DNA from: Candidatus Marinacidobacterales bacterium
Lineage (GTDB): Bacteria; Acidobacteriota; Vicinamibacteria; Marinacidobacterales; SMYC01
Direction: 5' to 3'
Assembly (NCBI GenBank): GCA_965237955.1
Contig: OZ250169.1
Span: 5,280,001 to 5,344,000, forward strand
DNA: 64,000 nt
Under the pieces are notes generated by a model, which had not been told where the DNA came from, did no database searches, and saw only the letters and a list, made by a program, of their open reading frames with translations. Position numbers and translations under genes: made by a program. How positions within the stretch are numbered: position 1 is the first letter of the stretch; each line of letters begins with the position of its first letter. Shown here piece after piece: positions 31,257 to 41,872 of the stretch.

Positions 31257-33597
31257 ATGCCGCGGACTCGGACACTCCGTTCTTAGAAAAGAAGACCCAC
31301 GCTTCATCCGGGGAAGGGGGCACTATATCGATGACGTCAAGCTCCCGGGCATGCTCTATCTCGATATCGTGCGGAGTCCCTACGCCCACGCGACCATCAA
31401 GAGCATCAATGCGGAGAAGGCGCTCGCGACAGACGGTGTCGCAGCCGTGGTCACCGGCAAGGACCTCGATGAGCACGGCCTCGCATGGATGCCGACGCTC
31501 ATGAACGACAAGCAAATGGTGCTGCCGATCGAGAAGGTCAAATACCAGTCTCAGGAAGTCGCCGCCGTCGTCGCCACGAGCCGCTACGCGGCCGCAGATG
31601 GTGTCGCCGCCGTCGAGGTCGAATACGATCCGCTTCCGGTGGTGGTCGACCCGTTCGCAGCGCTCGAGGACGGCGCGACCAAAGTGCGCGACGACAAAGA
31701 CAGCAACCTCATCTGGCACTGGGAGACGGGGGACAAAGAAGCCACCGACAAGGTCTTCGAAGAAGCCGAGGTCGTCGTCGAGGAGAACATGTACATCCCT
31801 CGCATCCACGTCGCTTCGATCGAGACGTGTGGCTGCGTTGCGAGCTGGGATCCGGTGGAAGGCAAGCTCACGCTCTACATGACGACTCAAGCACCGCACG
31901 CGATCCGCACGGTGTTGGCTCTCGTCGCTGGGCATGTCGGCTTGTCGGAAGAGCGCATCCGCGTGATCTCGCCGGACATCGGCGGCGGTTTCGGCGGGAA
32001 AGTGCCCGTGTATCCGGGCTATGTCATCGCCGTCGCGGCGTCGGTTCTTACCGGAAAGCCGATCAAGTGGATCGAGGACCGTTCCGAGAACCTTCAGGCT
32101 GACTCGTTCGCGCGCGATTACCACATGAAAGCGGCGTTATCGGCGAAGAAGGACGGCACCTTGACCGGTCTCAAGATCAAGACCGTCGCCGATCACGGCT
32201 ACACCGACGGGGCGGCGAACCCTGCCAAGTTCCCCGCGGGTATGTTCGGTATTTGCACGGGCTCTTACGGGCTCGAGCAAGCGCACGTCGAGGTCGACGG
32301 GGTATACACGAACAAGCCGCCGGGAGGGATTGCGTATCGCTGTTCGTTCCGCGTGACCGAAGCCGTTCATTGCATCGAGCGGATGACCGACATCATGGCT
32401 CACGAGCTCGACCTGGATCCGGCAGAGCTTCGCATCAAGAACTTCATTCAGCCGGAGCAGTTCCCCTACAAGTCGGTGCTCGGGTGGGAGTACGACAGCG
32501 GCGACTATGAGAAGGCACTGCGCAAAGCGATGGAGATGATCGGCTACGACAAGCTGCGGGTCGAGCAGAAGGAGAAGCGAGCGCGCGGCGAGCTCATGGG
32601 TATCGGCATCTCCTCGTTCACGGAGATCGTCGGCGCCGGGCCGTCGAAGGACTTCGACATCCTCGGCCTCAAGATGTTCGACTCGGCGGAGATTCGGGTC
32701 CATCCCACCGGGAAGGCTATCGCCCGTTTCGGCACGAAGTCCCAGGGCCAGGGGCACGAGACGACCTACGCACAGATCATCGCCGAAGAGCTGGGCATCC
32801 CGCCCGAGGACATTCTGGTCGAAGAAGGCGATACCGACACCGCACCCTACGGTCTCGGCACGTACGGGAGCCGTAGCACGCCCGTGGCCGGAGCGGCAGG
32901 CGCCATGGCGGCCCGCAAGATCCGTGACAAGGCGAAGAAGATCGCTGCGTATCTACTCGAGGCAGCCGAGGAAGACCTCGAGTGGGAGCAGGGGAAGTTC
33001 TTTGTCAAGGGCTCGCCCGATCGCGCCAAGACGATTCAGGAGATCGCGTTCGCGGCCTACACCAACCATCCGCCGGGAATGGAAGCGGGGCTGGAAGCGG
33101 TGAGCTACTACGATCCGCCGAACCTCACGTTTCCGTTCGGATCCTATATCTGCGTCGTCGACATCGATCGCGGAACCGGTGAGGTCAAGATCCGGCGCTT
33201 CTTCGCTGTCGATGATTGCGGCGTGCGTATCAACCCCATGATCGTCGAAGGCCAGATCCACGGTGGGCTGACGATGGGCATGGCACCTGCGCTCCTCGAA
33301 GAAATCTCTTACGACGAGAATGGGAACATGCATGGCGGCACGTTCATGGACTACTTGCTGCCGACGGCATGGGAGACACCGTCGTGGGAGACAGGTGAAA
33401 CGGTGACGCCGTCGCCGCATCATCCCATCGGCGCGAAAGGCGTGGGCGAGTCGGCCACCGTCGGTGCGCCACCGGCGATCGTGAACGCCGTGGTCGACGC
33501 GATGTGGCACTTAGGCGTACGGCACATGGAGATTCCGATGACGCCGTCCCGGGTGTGGCAAGTGTTGAAGGAGAAGGGCGTCGCCGCCGAAGAGTAA
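31249..33597 (+). CDS. coxL: Aerobic CO dehydrogenase large (Mo-Cu) subunit, form I
   Basis: Active-site loop AYRCSFR; coxM-S-L gene order. Confidence 0.95.
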   Translation: MTECRGLGHSVLRKEDPRFIRGRGHYIDDVKLPGMLYLDIVRSPYAHATIKSINAEKALATDGVAAVVTGKDLDEHGLAWMPTLMNDKQMVLPIEKVKYQSQEVAAVVATSRYAAADGVAAVEVEYDPLPVVVDPFAALEDGATKVRDDKDSNLIWHWETGDKEATDKVFEEAEVVVEENMYIPRIHVASIETCGCVASWDPVEGKLTLYMTTQAPHAIRTVLALVAGHVGLSEERIRVISPDIGGGFGGKVPVYPGYVIAVAASVLTGKPIKWIEDRSENLQADSFARDYHMKAALSAKKDGTLTGLKIKTVADHGYTDGAANPAKFPAGMFGICTGSYGLEQAHVEVDGVYTNKPPGGIAYRCSFRVTEAVHCIERMTDIMAHELDLDPAELRIKNFIQPEQFPYKSVLGWEYDSGDYEKALRKAMEMIGYDKLRVEQKEKRARGELMGIGISSFTEIVGAGPSKDFDILGLKMFDSAEIRVHPTGKAIARFGTKSQGQGHETTYAQIIAEELGIPPEDILVEEGDTDTAPYGLGTYGSRSTPVAGAAGAMAARKIRDKAKKIAAYLLEAAEEDLEWEQGKFFVKGSPDRAKTIQEIAFAAYTNHPPGMEAGLEAVSYYDPPNLTFPFGSYICVVDIDRGTGEVKIRRFFAVDDCGVRINPMIVEGQIHGGLTMGMAPALLEEISYDENGNMHGGTFMDYLLPTAWETPSWETGETVTPSPHHPIGAKGVGESATVGAPPAIVNAVVDAMWHLGVRHMEIPMTPSRVWQVLKEKGVAAEE

Positions 33598-33603
33598 CGC
33601 TGA

Positions 33604-34461
33604 GTGAGTGAGGACATTCTCGATGCGGCTCTCCGGTTGAGGCAAGCCGGAGAGTCGTTCGTCATCGCGACCGTCACCCGCGCCGAGAAACCGACATCGG
33701 CGAAGCCGGGTGCCAAGGCGATCATCATCACCGCCGGCGGAGAGTGGATCGGCTGGATCGGGGGGAGTTGCTCGCGTCCTTCGGTCGAGTACGAAGCAAG
33801 GCGCGCGCTCGCTTCGGGGAAGCCGCACCTGGTTCAGCTCTCGTCGACGGAGACATGCGCGAGTGGCGGCTCGCTCGACATTTTTCTGGAGCCTCATGTG
33901 CCGAAACCGCATCTTGTCGTCATCGGGCATCTTCCGCTAGCGGAAGCGCTCGTGCACCTCGCGAAGCCCCTCGGATTCCGAGTGACTGCGATGACGCCCG
34001 AAGGAACGCCGGAGCAGTTCGCGTCCGCGGACGCGTTCATGGATCACATCGATTTCGACGAGCTCGGCCCGGGCGCGCGCTACGTCGTGATCGCGAGTCA
34101 TGGGAACTACGACGAAGAGGCGGTCGAAGCCGCGTCGAAATCCGAAAGCGAGTACATCGCACTCGTTGCGAGCAAGAAGCGAGCGAGCGCGCTCGGTGTG
34201 CCCGACGACGTGAAGTGCCCCGCGGGGCTCGACATTGGCGCGGAAACACCGGAAGAGATCGCGTTGAGCATTCTCGCTGAAATCGTGTCGGTACGGCGCG
34301 CGCCGACCCGTGTCGACGAGCCGTCGTCTGCTAAGGACCCGATTTGTGGGATGATGGTCGGCATCGAAGGCGTGCGCTACACTCTCAAGCGTGGGGACGA
34401 CACGTATTATTTCTGCGGCGCTGGCTGCAAGGACGCATACGAGCTGAAGCATGCTGATTGA
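33604..34461 (+). CDS. XdhC/CoxF-family maturation factor with C-terminal YHS domain
   Basis: GWIGGSC, CASGG, PAGLDIGAETPEEIALSI, then DPICGM...YYFCGAGC. Confidence 0.85.
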   Translation: MSEDILDAALRLRQAGESFVIATVTRAEKPTSAKPGAKAIIITAGGEWIGWIGGSCSRPSVEYEARRALASGKPHLVQLSSTETCASGGSLDIFLEPHVPKPHLVVIGHLPLAEALVHLAKPLGFRVTAMTPEGTPEQFASADAFMDHIDFDELGPGARYVVIASHGNYDEEAVEAASKSESEYIALVASKKRASALGVPDDVKCPAGLDIGAETPEEIALSILAEIVSVRRAPTRVDEPSSAKDPICGMMVGIEGVRYTLKRGDDTYYFCGAGCKDAYELKHAD

Positions 34462-34894
34462 AGGTAAAGACAACATCAAAGCGAAACGAGCAGAGGTCTG
34501 GAAGTTTCTCACGGACGCGGAGTCCGTCTCGAAATGCACTCCCGGCGTCGAGTCCATGGAGATCATCGAGCCCGGCAAGAAGTTCAAGGCTATCGGCGCT
34601 TTGGGACTCGGGACGGTGAAGTTCAAATTCGATACGACGATCGAATGGGTGGAGTTGAAAGAGCCCGACAAGGCGAAGATGAAAATGAACGGTACCGCTC
34701 CCGGGAGCTCCATCGACGTCGGCAGTGAGATCGAGCTCGCTGACGGACCGGACGGCTCGACCGACCTTATCTGGAAAGCGGACGTGAGAGTCGTGGGCGC
34801 GATCGCGAGCCTGGCCGCACGGCTGATGAAGCCGGTCACCGCCAAGATGACCGCCCAGTTCTTTTCCTGCCTCAAGAAGAACATCGAAGCATGA
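34451..34894 (+). CDS. coxG: CO dehydrogenase accessory SRPBCC protein
   Basis: VWKFLTD...CTPG and G.IASLAARL motifs; cluster context. Confidence 0.8.
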   Translation: MLIEGKDNIKAKRAEVWKFLTDAESVSKCTPGVESMEIIEPGKKFKAIGALGLGTVKFKFDTTIEWVELKEPDKAKMKMNGTAPGSSIDVGSEIELADGPDGSTDLIWKADVRVVGAIASLAARLMKPVTAKMTAQFFSCLKKNIEA

Positions 34895-35910
34895 AGTTCG
34901 GCCCGGTTCCGCTTGCCGAGGCCGACGGCAAAATTCTGGGGCACAACGTCGCGGGCGCGGACGGAAAAAGGCGCTTGCGCAAGGGCAAGCCGCTTCGTGC
35001 CGAGGACGTTTCGGTGTTGCGCGAGCTCGGTCGGAGCGTGGTCTATGTCGCGGAGCTCGAGCCGGGGGACGTCGACGAGAACACCGCGGCGAACCGCGTT
35101 GCGGTCGCGTGCCAGGGGACTGGGCTTCGACTCTCGGGTGCCGCGACCGGTCGTATCAATCTCATTGCCACCGTGCTCGGTCTGGTGCGGATCGACGAAG
35201 GCCAGCTACGCCGTCTGAATGCGGGCGAGGGACTGACGCTCGCGTCGCTCGGTAGCCACGCCGTCGTTCGACCTGGACAAACCGTGGCGACAGTGAAAGT
35301 CATTCCCTATGCAGTGCCCGAAAGCGTCGTCGCGACCGTCGAAGGTGCGACGGGTAGCCCGTTATTGAGTGTGGATGAGCTCGCATCGAAGCGAGTAGGC
35401 CTCATTTTGTCAGGCTCGCCGTCGGTCAGAGGCCCACTTACCGAGAGCTTTTTTCCTCTCGTAGAACGGGTGCGCGCACTGGGCTCGGATGTGGTCGAGC
35501 AAGACTACGTCGACGTCGGTGACGAAGGCGGCGAGCACACCCTGGCCGAAGCGCTCGAGCGCCAGCGGGATGCGGGCGTCGAGGTCATTCTCTTTGCCGG
35601 GGAGACCGCCGTCATGGACCGGCACGACATCACGCCCCGGGCGGTCGAGCGCGCCGGCGGTCGGGTCGAGGCCGTGGGTGCACCGGTCGACCCCGGGAAC
35701 CTCCTGATGCTGGCCTATTTGAACGACATCCCCATCCTCGGCGCTCCCGGATGCGCCCGCAGCCGCAAAACGAACGTCGTGGACTGGGTCCTCCCTCGAC
35801 TCCTGGCCGGCGACCGCCTGACCCGTGACGACATTGTCACGCTAGGTGCTGGCGGTTTGTTAGAGGATGTTCCCGAAAGGCCCCTACCGCGAAGCCGCAT
35901 ACGAAGCTGA
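34891..35910 (+). CDS. Molybdopterin-binding (MoeA-like) protein
   Basis: MKFGPVPL..A.G.IL.H, TGRINL, PVDPGNLLML, GAPGCARS and G.GGLL motifs. Confidence 0.8.
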   Translation: MKFGPVPLAEADGKILGHNVAGADGKRRLRKGKPLRAEDVSVLRELGRSVVYVAELEPGDVDENTAANRVAVACQGTGLRLSGAATGRINLIATVLGLVRIDEGQLRRLNAGEGLTLASLGSHAVVRPGQTVATVKVIPYAVPESVVATVEGATGSPLLSVDELASKRVGLILSGSPSVRGPLTESFFPLVERVRALGSDVVEQDYVDVGDEGGEHTLAEALERQRDAGVEVILFAGETAVMDRHDITPRAVERAGGRVEAVGAPVDPGNLLMLAYLNDIPILGAPGCARSRKTNVVDWVLPRLLAGDRLTRDDIVTLGAGGLLEDVPERPLPRSRIRS

Positions 35911-35915
35911 GATCC

Positions 35916-36039
35916 GCCATCGGCCATCAGCCATCAGCTAAGTCGTCGTCTTGGCTGCGACGCCCCGCCGCTTACCGGCGCCGACGTCCCATAATGCGCC
36001 AGTCGAGCTGATGGCCGATGGCCGATGGCTGACGGCCGA
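35916..36039. repeat. Inverted arrays of heptamer tandem repeats (GCCATCR / YGATGGC)
   Basis: Arms at 35916-35939 and 36006-36039; the same 19-mer GCTGATGGCCGATGGCCGA recurs at 7547-7565. Confidence 0.8.
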
Positions 36040-36079
36040 ATGAAATTGCTTCGATCCTTTTCACGTTTGGTCCAGTCGG

Positions 36080-36607
36080 GTGTTATATAGGGAAATGCCC
36101 GAGAAAACGCGGTTTACCGACCTGCTGGGGAGCTACGAGAAAGAGATTCACCGGTACGCGTTTCGGATGACGGGCAATCCTGAGGACGCTCAAGACGTCC
36201 TACAGGAAACGTTTTTGAGGGCATTTCGAGCGTTTCCGCGCCTCCCGTCCGACGCGAACCATCGTGCGTGGCTCTATCGCATCGCGCATCGGCAGGCACT
36301 GAATCTATTCCGCTCACAGAAGGTGCGCGCCACCGAGCCTCTCGAGGACGCGCTCGCGGTGGGCGATGCGAACGGCCATCCCGACGACCTCGCGGAGACG
36401 CGGCGCCTGGTACGGGCCCTCGGCCATGTGATTCGCGATCTCACGCCGCGGCAGCGCTCCGCCCTTCTGTTGAGGAAGTACGAAGGCTTGGCGTACCGGG
36501 ACGTCGCCGACATTCTCGGATGTAGCGAAGAGAACGCACGTGCTCAGGTGTATCAAGCCATGAAGAAAGTTCGCAATGGCCTCGAATCGAACGGGAGCAA
36601 ATCATGA
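36080..36607 (+). CDS. ECF sigma factor (start may be ATG 36095)
   Basis: DAQDVLQETFLRA, AWLYRIA and region 4 EGLAYRDVADILG. Confidence 0.92.
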   Translation: MLYREMPEKTRFTDLLGSYEKEIHRYAFRMTGNPEDAQDVLQETFLRAFRAFPRLPSDANHRAWLYRIAHRQALNLFRSQKVRATEPLEDALAVGDANGHPDDLAETRRLVRALGHVIRDLTPRQRSALLLRKYEGLAYRDVADILGCSEENARAQVYQAMKKVRNGLESNGSKS

Positions 36608-37203
36608 AAAAACTCGACTTGCTGGAACCCACGGACTCGGAGTGGAAACGAGCCCACACCTTCTTGATGGAGGGATTCGCATCGGTGCGTGTCTTCTACG
36701 AATGGATTGACGCGCCGTTCGGCAAAGTGTTTCTCGCCAAAACGGAACGAGGTCTATGCCGGGTGAGCTTCCGTCGCAAAGAGGACGACCTCGTCGATGA
36801 CCTCGAAAAGCGCGAGCTTCTCCCCGAGAAAGGGGCGGGGCAACTCGATCGCGAGCGCCGTCAATTCGACGAGTACTTCGAAGGCAAGCGACGGCACTTC
36901 GAGCTCCCGGTGGATATCCGCTGGGGTACGCCGTTTCAGCGCAAGGTTCTCGAGGCTGCGAGCGAGATCCCTTTCGGCCATTGCGAGTGCTACACCGACG
37001 TCGCCGAGCGGATCGGTCATCCCAAGGCTCAGCGTGCCGTCGGTAACGCTTTGGGCAAGAACCCCGTCGCCATCGTCGTTCCTTGCCACCGCGTCGTGGC
37101 CTCGGGCGGGCGTCTCGGCGGTTACACCGGGGGATTGGACATCAAACGAACGTTGATGAGTATCGAAGGCATTCAAGTAGAGCCAGTTGAGGAGGAAGCA
37201 TGA
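36604..37203 (+). CDS. ogt: Methylated-DNA--protein-cysteine methyltransferase
   Basis: RAVGNA, NP, PCHRV, GGY.GG..K motifs. Confidence 0.92.
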   Translation: MKKLDLLEPTDSEWKRAHTFLMEGFASVRVFYEWIDAPFGKVFLAKTERGLCRVSFRRKEDDLVDDLEKRELLPEKGAGQLDRERRQFDEYFEGKRRHFELPVDIRWGTPFQRKVLEAASEIPFGHCECYTDVAERIGHPKAQRAVGNALGKNPVAIVVPCHRVVASGGRLGGYTGGLDIKRTLMSIEGIQVEPVEEEA

Positions 37204-38054
37204 GTACGCAGAACACGATGACGACGTTGGAGCATCCGTGCACCGAGTGTGACGGTTTTCTCGAGCCAGAGCTCGTCTCGATCTACCCGAGCTCTCAGGT
37301 CTGCCTCGACTGCATGCCCCAATCCGAGCGCACGCAGCTCGAAAAAGACCTCAACCAGGTGCAGCAACTGGACCGCGCCCTTTTGCCGAACCTCCCACAC
37401 GTCGACGGATGGGACGTCGGGCTCCACTATCGCCCGTCGCGACTCTTGAGCGGTGATTTCTACGATGTTCGTGCGGAAGACGATGGGCGTCTCACGCTCC
37501 TCGTCGGCGACGTCATGGGAAAGGGCATCCCGGCCGCGCTCCTGCGCACCGGGTTACAAAGCTCGCTCAAGGCCCTCGCGCCGGAAGTGTGCTCGCCCGC
37601 GAAAGTGCTCGAAAAGGCGAACCGCCATTTTCTCAGCAGCGCATCTCCGGGACGTCTCGCGACTGTTTTCCTCGGAGCGCTCGACACCGGAGGCGGTCAG
37701 CTGCGCTACGTCAACGCGGGGCATCTCCCACCGCTGGTGCGTCGCGCGTCGGGCGATTGGCAGGCGCTCGATACTACCGGGATGGTCCTGGGCGCGCTCG
37801 AGAACGTTCCGTACTCCGAGGAAGTGGCGACGCTCGAGCGAGGCGACTTGCTCGTGCTCTTCTCCGACGGGTTCACCGAAGCCGAGAACGGCGCGGGCGA
37901 AGTATTCGACGAGCGTCACGTCACGCGGTGCGTGGACCAGCTACCCGGCGCGCCCGCGCAAGTGTTGGCGTCCAGCGTCGCCGAGGAGCTCGCCAACTTC
38001 GCGCCCGGTGAGCCGAGCGACGACCGGACACTCTTGATGTTGAGGCGCACTTGA
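37200..38054 (+). CDS. SpoIIE/RsbU-type PP2C phosphatase with N-terminal C4 zinc finger
   Basis: CTEC-x15-CLDC; SGDFYD, GDVMGKG, NAGH, SDGFTE and DDRT motifs. Confidence 0.9.
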   Translation: MSTQNTMTTLEHPCTECDGFLEPELVSIYPSSQVCLDCMPQSERTQLEKDLNQVQQLDRALLPNLPHVDGWDVGLHYRPSRLLSGDFYDVRAEDDGRLTLLVGDVMGKGIPAALLRTGLQSSLKALAPEVCSPAKVLEKANRHFLSSASPGRLATVFLGALDTGGGQLRYVNAGHLPPLVRRASGDWQALDTTGMVLGALENVPYSEEVATLERGDLLVLFSDGFTEAENGAGEVFDERHVTRCVDQLPGAPAQVLASSVAEELANFAPGEPSDDRTLLMLRRT

Positions 38055-38433
38055 GCGAGTTCGAACGGATCGTCGATCAGCTGGAGCGAGCCTATCGAGG
38101 CGAAGCGTGGCACGGGCCGTCGATTCGGGAAGTTCTGGATGGCGTCGACGCGGATGCCGCGTCCGCGCGTCCTGTCTCGAATGGCCACACCATCAAGGAG
38201 CTCGTCGTCCACGTCCTCGTGTGGGAGAAAGAAGCCCAGGCTCGCCTCGCGGGCAAAGGCCGAGACGACCTGCCTCCCGAAGACACGGTGTCATCCAACA
38301 TCACCTCTACCACGCCGGACAGATGGCCATTCTCAAAAAAGCGCTTACAATAGGTTGCGTCGGGAGTGGCTACTTGTGAGCGAGGAGCGGCGCGCGCGAG
38401 CGAGGGAGATTCTGCAATGCGCCCTGGCGAAAA
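37327..38433 (+). repeat. 1,107-bp direct repeat, copy A
   Basis: Matches 43591-44697 (offset 6,264); no differences seen by eye and the ORF translations are identical. Confidence 0.95.
38051..38352 (+). pseudogene. DinB-family protein with internal deletion (second copy at 44315-44616)
   Basis: AWHGPS...HTI.ELV.H, then HGVIQHHLYHAGQ in another frame. Confidence 0.75.
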
Positions 38434-38705
38434 TTGCTTTCGTACCCGCCTGGCTCATCACGGGGAACAAGGTCTTTACCAGCTTTGTAATCCTGACAGG
38501 CCTGTTCGTTTGCTACCTGTTCATAAGGGTTCACGATGCGATCCACTACCCAGCACACCGATGGATAGAACGGCAGGGATGGTTCCACTTTCTGGACCGC
38601 CATCACTACATTCATCACATGGACCCGACTGCGAACGTCAATTTCCTCCTTCCGGTTTGCGATGTTCTCCTTGGAACTCTCAAGCTCACGCCCACGCACG
38701 AGGAG
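38434..38705 (+). pseudogene. Fatty acid hydroxylase/sterol desaturase C-terminal fragment
   Basis: His boxes VHDAIH and HHYIHH, then NF....D.LLGT. Confidence 0.7.
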
Positions 38706-39085
38706 AGATTCGGTGAGCTGCAAGGTGATATCTTCTCCCGTCAAGGCGGTGGTTGTGTCCACCAGCGGAGTGATCGCGGTGACGGTGACTTCTTCTGTAA
38801 TCCCGCTCACCCAGAGGGCAATCTCCACCGAGGCGGTGTAGCCGGCCCGAACCAGAACCCTTTCGTTCTTTGCTTCTCTAAACCCCGGCATGTTGACGGT
38901 GACGACGTACTCCGCCGATGGCTCCAAAGAACCGAGGGTGGCCACACCTTGGCTGTTAGTCGTCGTCTCCCTGCCGGGTCCCGTGTCTTTGGCTTGCGCT
39001 CTAACTACGGCTCCCGGCAGACGGCTTCCCTGTTGGTCTTGGACGATGACAACGATGGTGCCTTTGGTCGCTACCTGCGCCTCCC
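38706..39085 (-). pseudogene. TonB-dependent receptor N-terminal (carboxypeptidase regulatory-like) fragment
   Basis: GTI...VQDQQG..LPGA.V...PGF...EEVTVTA.TPLVDTT. Confidence 0.75.
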
Positions 39086-39835
39086 CGGCGACGCGCCGTG
39101 TGCTCGAGCTCGCGGCCCACGCTCTCATGGTGGCGGTGCATGTCGTGCTCCTGGTTTACGGGGCTCAACTCGCATTACGGTTTTTCACCGAGCGCGCCAT
39201 CACCGTGGATATCCCGGTCGGACTCGTCTATCTGGTGATCCCGCTCTCGGCGGCCTTGATGTTTGTGATCGAAGCTATCCACATCGCCCGACGGATCGCG
39301 GACTGATGGAGCTTCTTCTTCTCCCGCTCCCGCTCCTCCTCGTCCTCATCGCCATCGGCTTGCCCATCGGCTATGCCTTGATTGCCACCAGGCATCGTCG
39401 TCATCGCGCTCACGACGTCTACGCCTCTCGTGATCGTGGCGCAGTGTCTATTCAACGGCACCGACAACTTCCAGATGGTTGCGGTGCCGCTGTTCATCCT
39501 GGCGGGCGCGTTGATGAACCACGCCGGGATCTCGCGACGCCTCGTCGACTTCGCCGCCAGTCTCGTCGGCTTCATCCGCGGCGGCCTGGCGATGACGACG
39601 ACGCTCTCGAGCATGTTCTTCTCCGAAGTCTCCGGCTCCGCTGTCGCCGACGCGGCCGCGCTCGGGAGCGTCCTCATCCCCGCGATGAAAGAGCGAGGCT
39701 ATCCGGCTCGATTCGCAGCAGCGGTGTTGTCGTCGTCCGCCACCATCGCGATCATCATCCCGCCGTCGATCCCGATGATTCTCTTCGGTGCGATCACGGG
39801 CGAGTCGATCGTGAAGCTCTTCATGGCGGGCGTGG
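39086..39835 (+). pseudogene. TRAP transporter fragments (DctQ 3' end and DctM 5' half)
   Basis: VYLVIPLS; AVPLFILAG, SGSAVADAAALG and IIPPSIPMI motifs; truncated. Confidence 0.85.
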
Positions 39836-40400
39836 TTCACACTCCGGTCGCCATGAACCGTGAGCACGCGATCTTCGAGCGCGGCCGGTGCGTGGCGGTC
39901 TCGCCTTCGGACACCGCACCGGCGCTGGTCGCACTCGACGCGTCCCTGGGTGATCCGGAACGCGAGCGGCGAGCGCGTCGTCGCGGCCGAGGATTTCTTC
40001 ATGCCGCAGTCGACGGACATCACCCGCATGACCGTGCTCGAGCCCGGCGATCTCTTGACCGCCATCCGGATTCCCGGCACGTGGTCCGGCGCAGAGTTCT
40101 ATTTCGAAAAAGTCGCGGACCGCAACACGTGGGACTTCCCGCTGGTGAACGTCACGACTGCCATGACGCTCGACGGCTCTGGCAACATCAAGACTATGCG
40201 CATCGCGTGCGCCGGTGTCCAGTGCACACCACGGCGCCTGACGGCCGTGGAGACGCTGGTGAAGGGACGTCCCCGGGACGAAGAGACCGCCAAGCTCGCC
40301 GGCGCAGCCTCCGTCGAAGGTGCGAGGCCTTTGAACTTCAACCAGTTCAAAATGCCGCTGATGGAGAACCTCGTGAAGCGGGCCGTCAGAACGCAGGCAT
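39836..40400 (+). pseudogene. Xanthine dehydrogenase-family FAD subunit (YagS/PaoB-like) 3' fragment
   Basis: NREHAIF...CVAVSPSDTAPALVALDA and FEKVADRNTWDF motifs. Confidence 0.8.
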
Positions 40401-40464
40401 GGGTAGCCCGGCGACTCCAACCAGCGGGTCCCGGCCCTCCGGGGGTGATTGATCTCGGCCAGCG

Positions 40465-40545
40465 GGCTCGACGGCGGCGGCCATCATCTCGTAGACGCGT
40501 CGTGCCATATCACCCAGGAGCTCTCGGTGATGCAGGAAATGCGCT
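40465..40545 (-). pseudogene. Short IS91-like transposase fragment
   Basis: Minus-strand peptide HFLHHRELLGDMARRVYEMMAAAVE resembles the segment preceding the HUH motif. Confidence 0.4.
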
Positions 40546-40626
40546 GCCTTTCCCGGAATTCCCGGATGATCAAAAAAAAAGCGCGACGACCCGCCGCGCT
40601 TGTCGCGAAATTAACTTTCCGCGCCG

Positions 40627-41199
40627 TCAGGCGCGGAAACGCCTTAGCGCAAATCCCAGTAGACCAATTCCCACAAGGCTCAGTACACCGGGCTCAGGGA
40701 CGTGCTCGACGTCGAGGTCGACGACAAAACGTCCGGTACCAAGGCCCTCCATGTTCACTCGCACGAAATCGTCCCCGAAAGTCACACGGCTCGGATCCAG
40801 TCCCGCGATCCCCGTGGTCAAGGTGAAACCCACAACGCGCCCGGGGCCGTCGGTCCAATCAAGATCCGAGAACTCGAATCCGTTGAAAGCTGCACTGCCA
40901 TAAAAGGGACCAGGGATTTGGTCGTAGGTGATGGACGACGCCCCAAAGTCGAAGCTGGCGTCCGTAAAGAAGTTCCCTCCACCACAGATGGTAGAGGTGC
41001 CGCCGCCATTACCAACGCACTCGATCTCGGGGCTGCCACCGTCGACGACCGTGATGACGTCTGGCCCGGCGAAGACAGATCCCAAGTTTGGCGAAAACCA
41101 CGTTACAACAATGTCGTCGCCGATGAGGGTCGCTTCAGCCGCAGGCGCCAAAACGAACGTGACGGCGATCGCGACCGCTATCGTTATTACCGTTCGCAT
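40627..41199 (-). CDS. PEP-CTERM sorting-domain protein
   Basis: Signal peptide MRTVITIAVAIA...AEA; C-terminal VPEP, TM helix and RRFRA. Confidence 0.9.
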   Translation of the reverse strand: MRTVITIAVAIAVTFVLAPAAEATLIGDDIVVTWFSPNLGSVFAGPDVITVVDGGSPEIECVGNGGGTSTICGGGNFFTDASFDFGASSITYDQIPGPFYGSAAFNGFEFSDLDWTDGPGRVVGFTLTTGIAGLDPSRVTFGDDFVRVNMEGLGTGRFVVDLDVEHVPEPGVLSLVGIGLLGFALRRFRA

Positions 41200-41369
41200 A
41201 CAAGCCTCCCGAAAACTTGCAACGCAAGGCCGCATGATGCTTTCCTCGGGTCTCCGTTGCTTTTGTGTTCTCCGTACAGCTTCCTTGGCTTGCAATCTTC
41301 AAGCGGGCCACGACTGTGAAGTGGTGGCTCCATCCAAGATTGCTCCATCCAAAGATTAAGGATAGGAAA

Positions 41370-41600
41370 TTGAAGGATAACATTCGTCGAGCCGTCGAAA
41401 CGGACGTGCTTGATTATCAACAGCTTATGGATTGTCTCAAGGGCTACGCCAAGCCACGGGACAAAGTTCGCGCCATGCTGAAGGCTGGCGAGATTGTCAG
41501 GGTAAAGAAGGGAATTTACGTTTTCGGAGAGGACTACCGACGTGCCGCCAGGTCTCGCGAGATTCTAGCGAACTTGATCTATGGACCTTCGTATATCAGC
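41370..41600 (+). pseudogene. AbiEi-like (type IV TA antitoxin) N-terminal fragment
   Basis: PRDKV...GEIVRVKKGIY...LANLIYGPSYIS, truncated afterwards. Confidence 0.7.
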
Positions 41601-41719
41601 CGTGCTGTTCGCACGATCTTTGTGGAGGCCGGAGAGCGAACGTTCGACACATCTGCATAATGCAGGCCTTCTATGAGCGACCGGCTGGCCATGTGGCTTG
41701 CGGCCTGCCATGCGTGGGC

Positions 41720-41845
41720 ATGAACAGAACCCACCGAGTTCGCCAGACCTACGACCACAGGCTGCGCGATGCGATCGCCGCGACTGGTAACGCGGACCTG
41801 TTCCGCGACGTTGCCATCCCGGCTTCGACGCGGCGCAGTGGGCGC
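41720..41845 (+). pseudogene. 5' fragment of an integrase/transposase gene
   Basis: RQTYDHRLRDAIAATG......IPASTRRS N-terminal pattern. Confidence 0.4.
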
Positions 41846-41872
41846 GTGGCGAGGTTCGTCCGGTGGTTACTA

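Noticed and set aside
38139-39863. 574-aa ORF
   Set aside because: It is a chance read-through across fused fragments (off-frame dinB, kinase leader, desaturase, antisense TonB); not a coherent protein.
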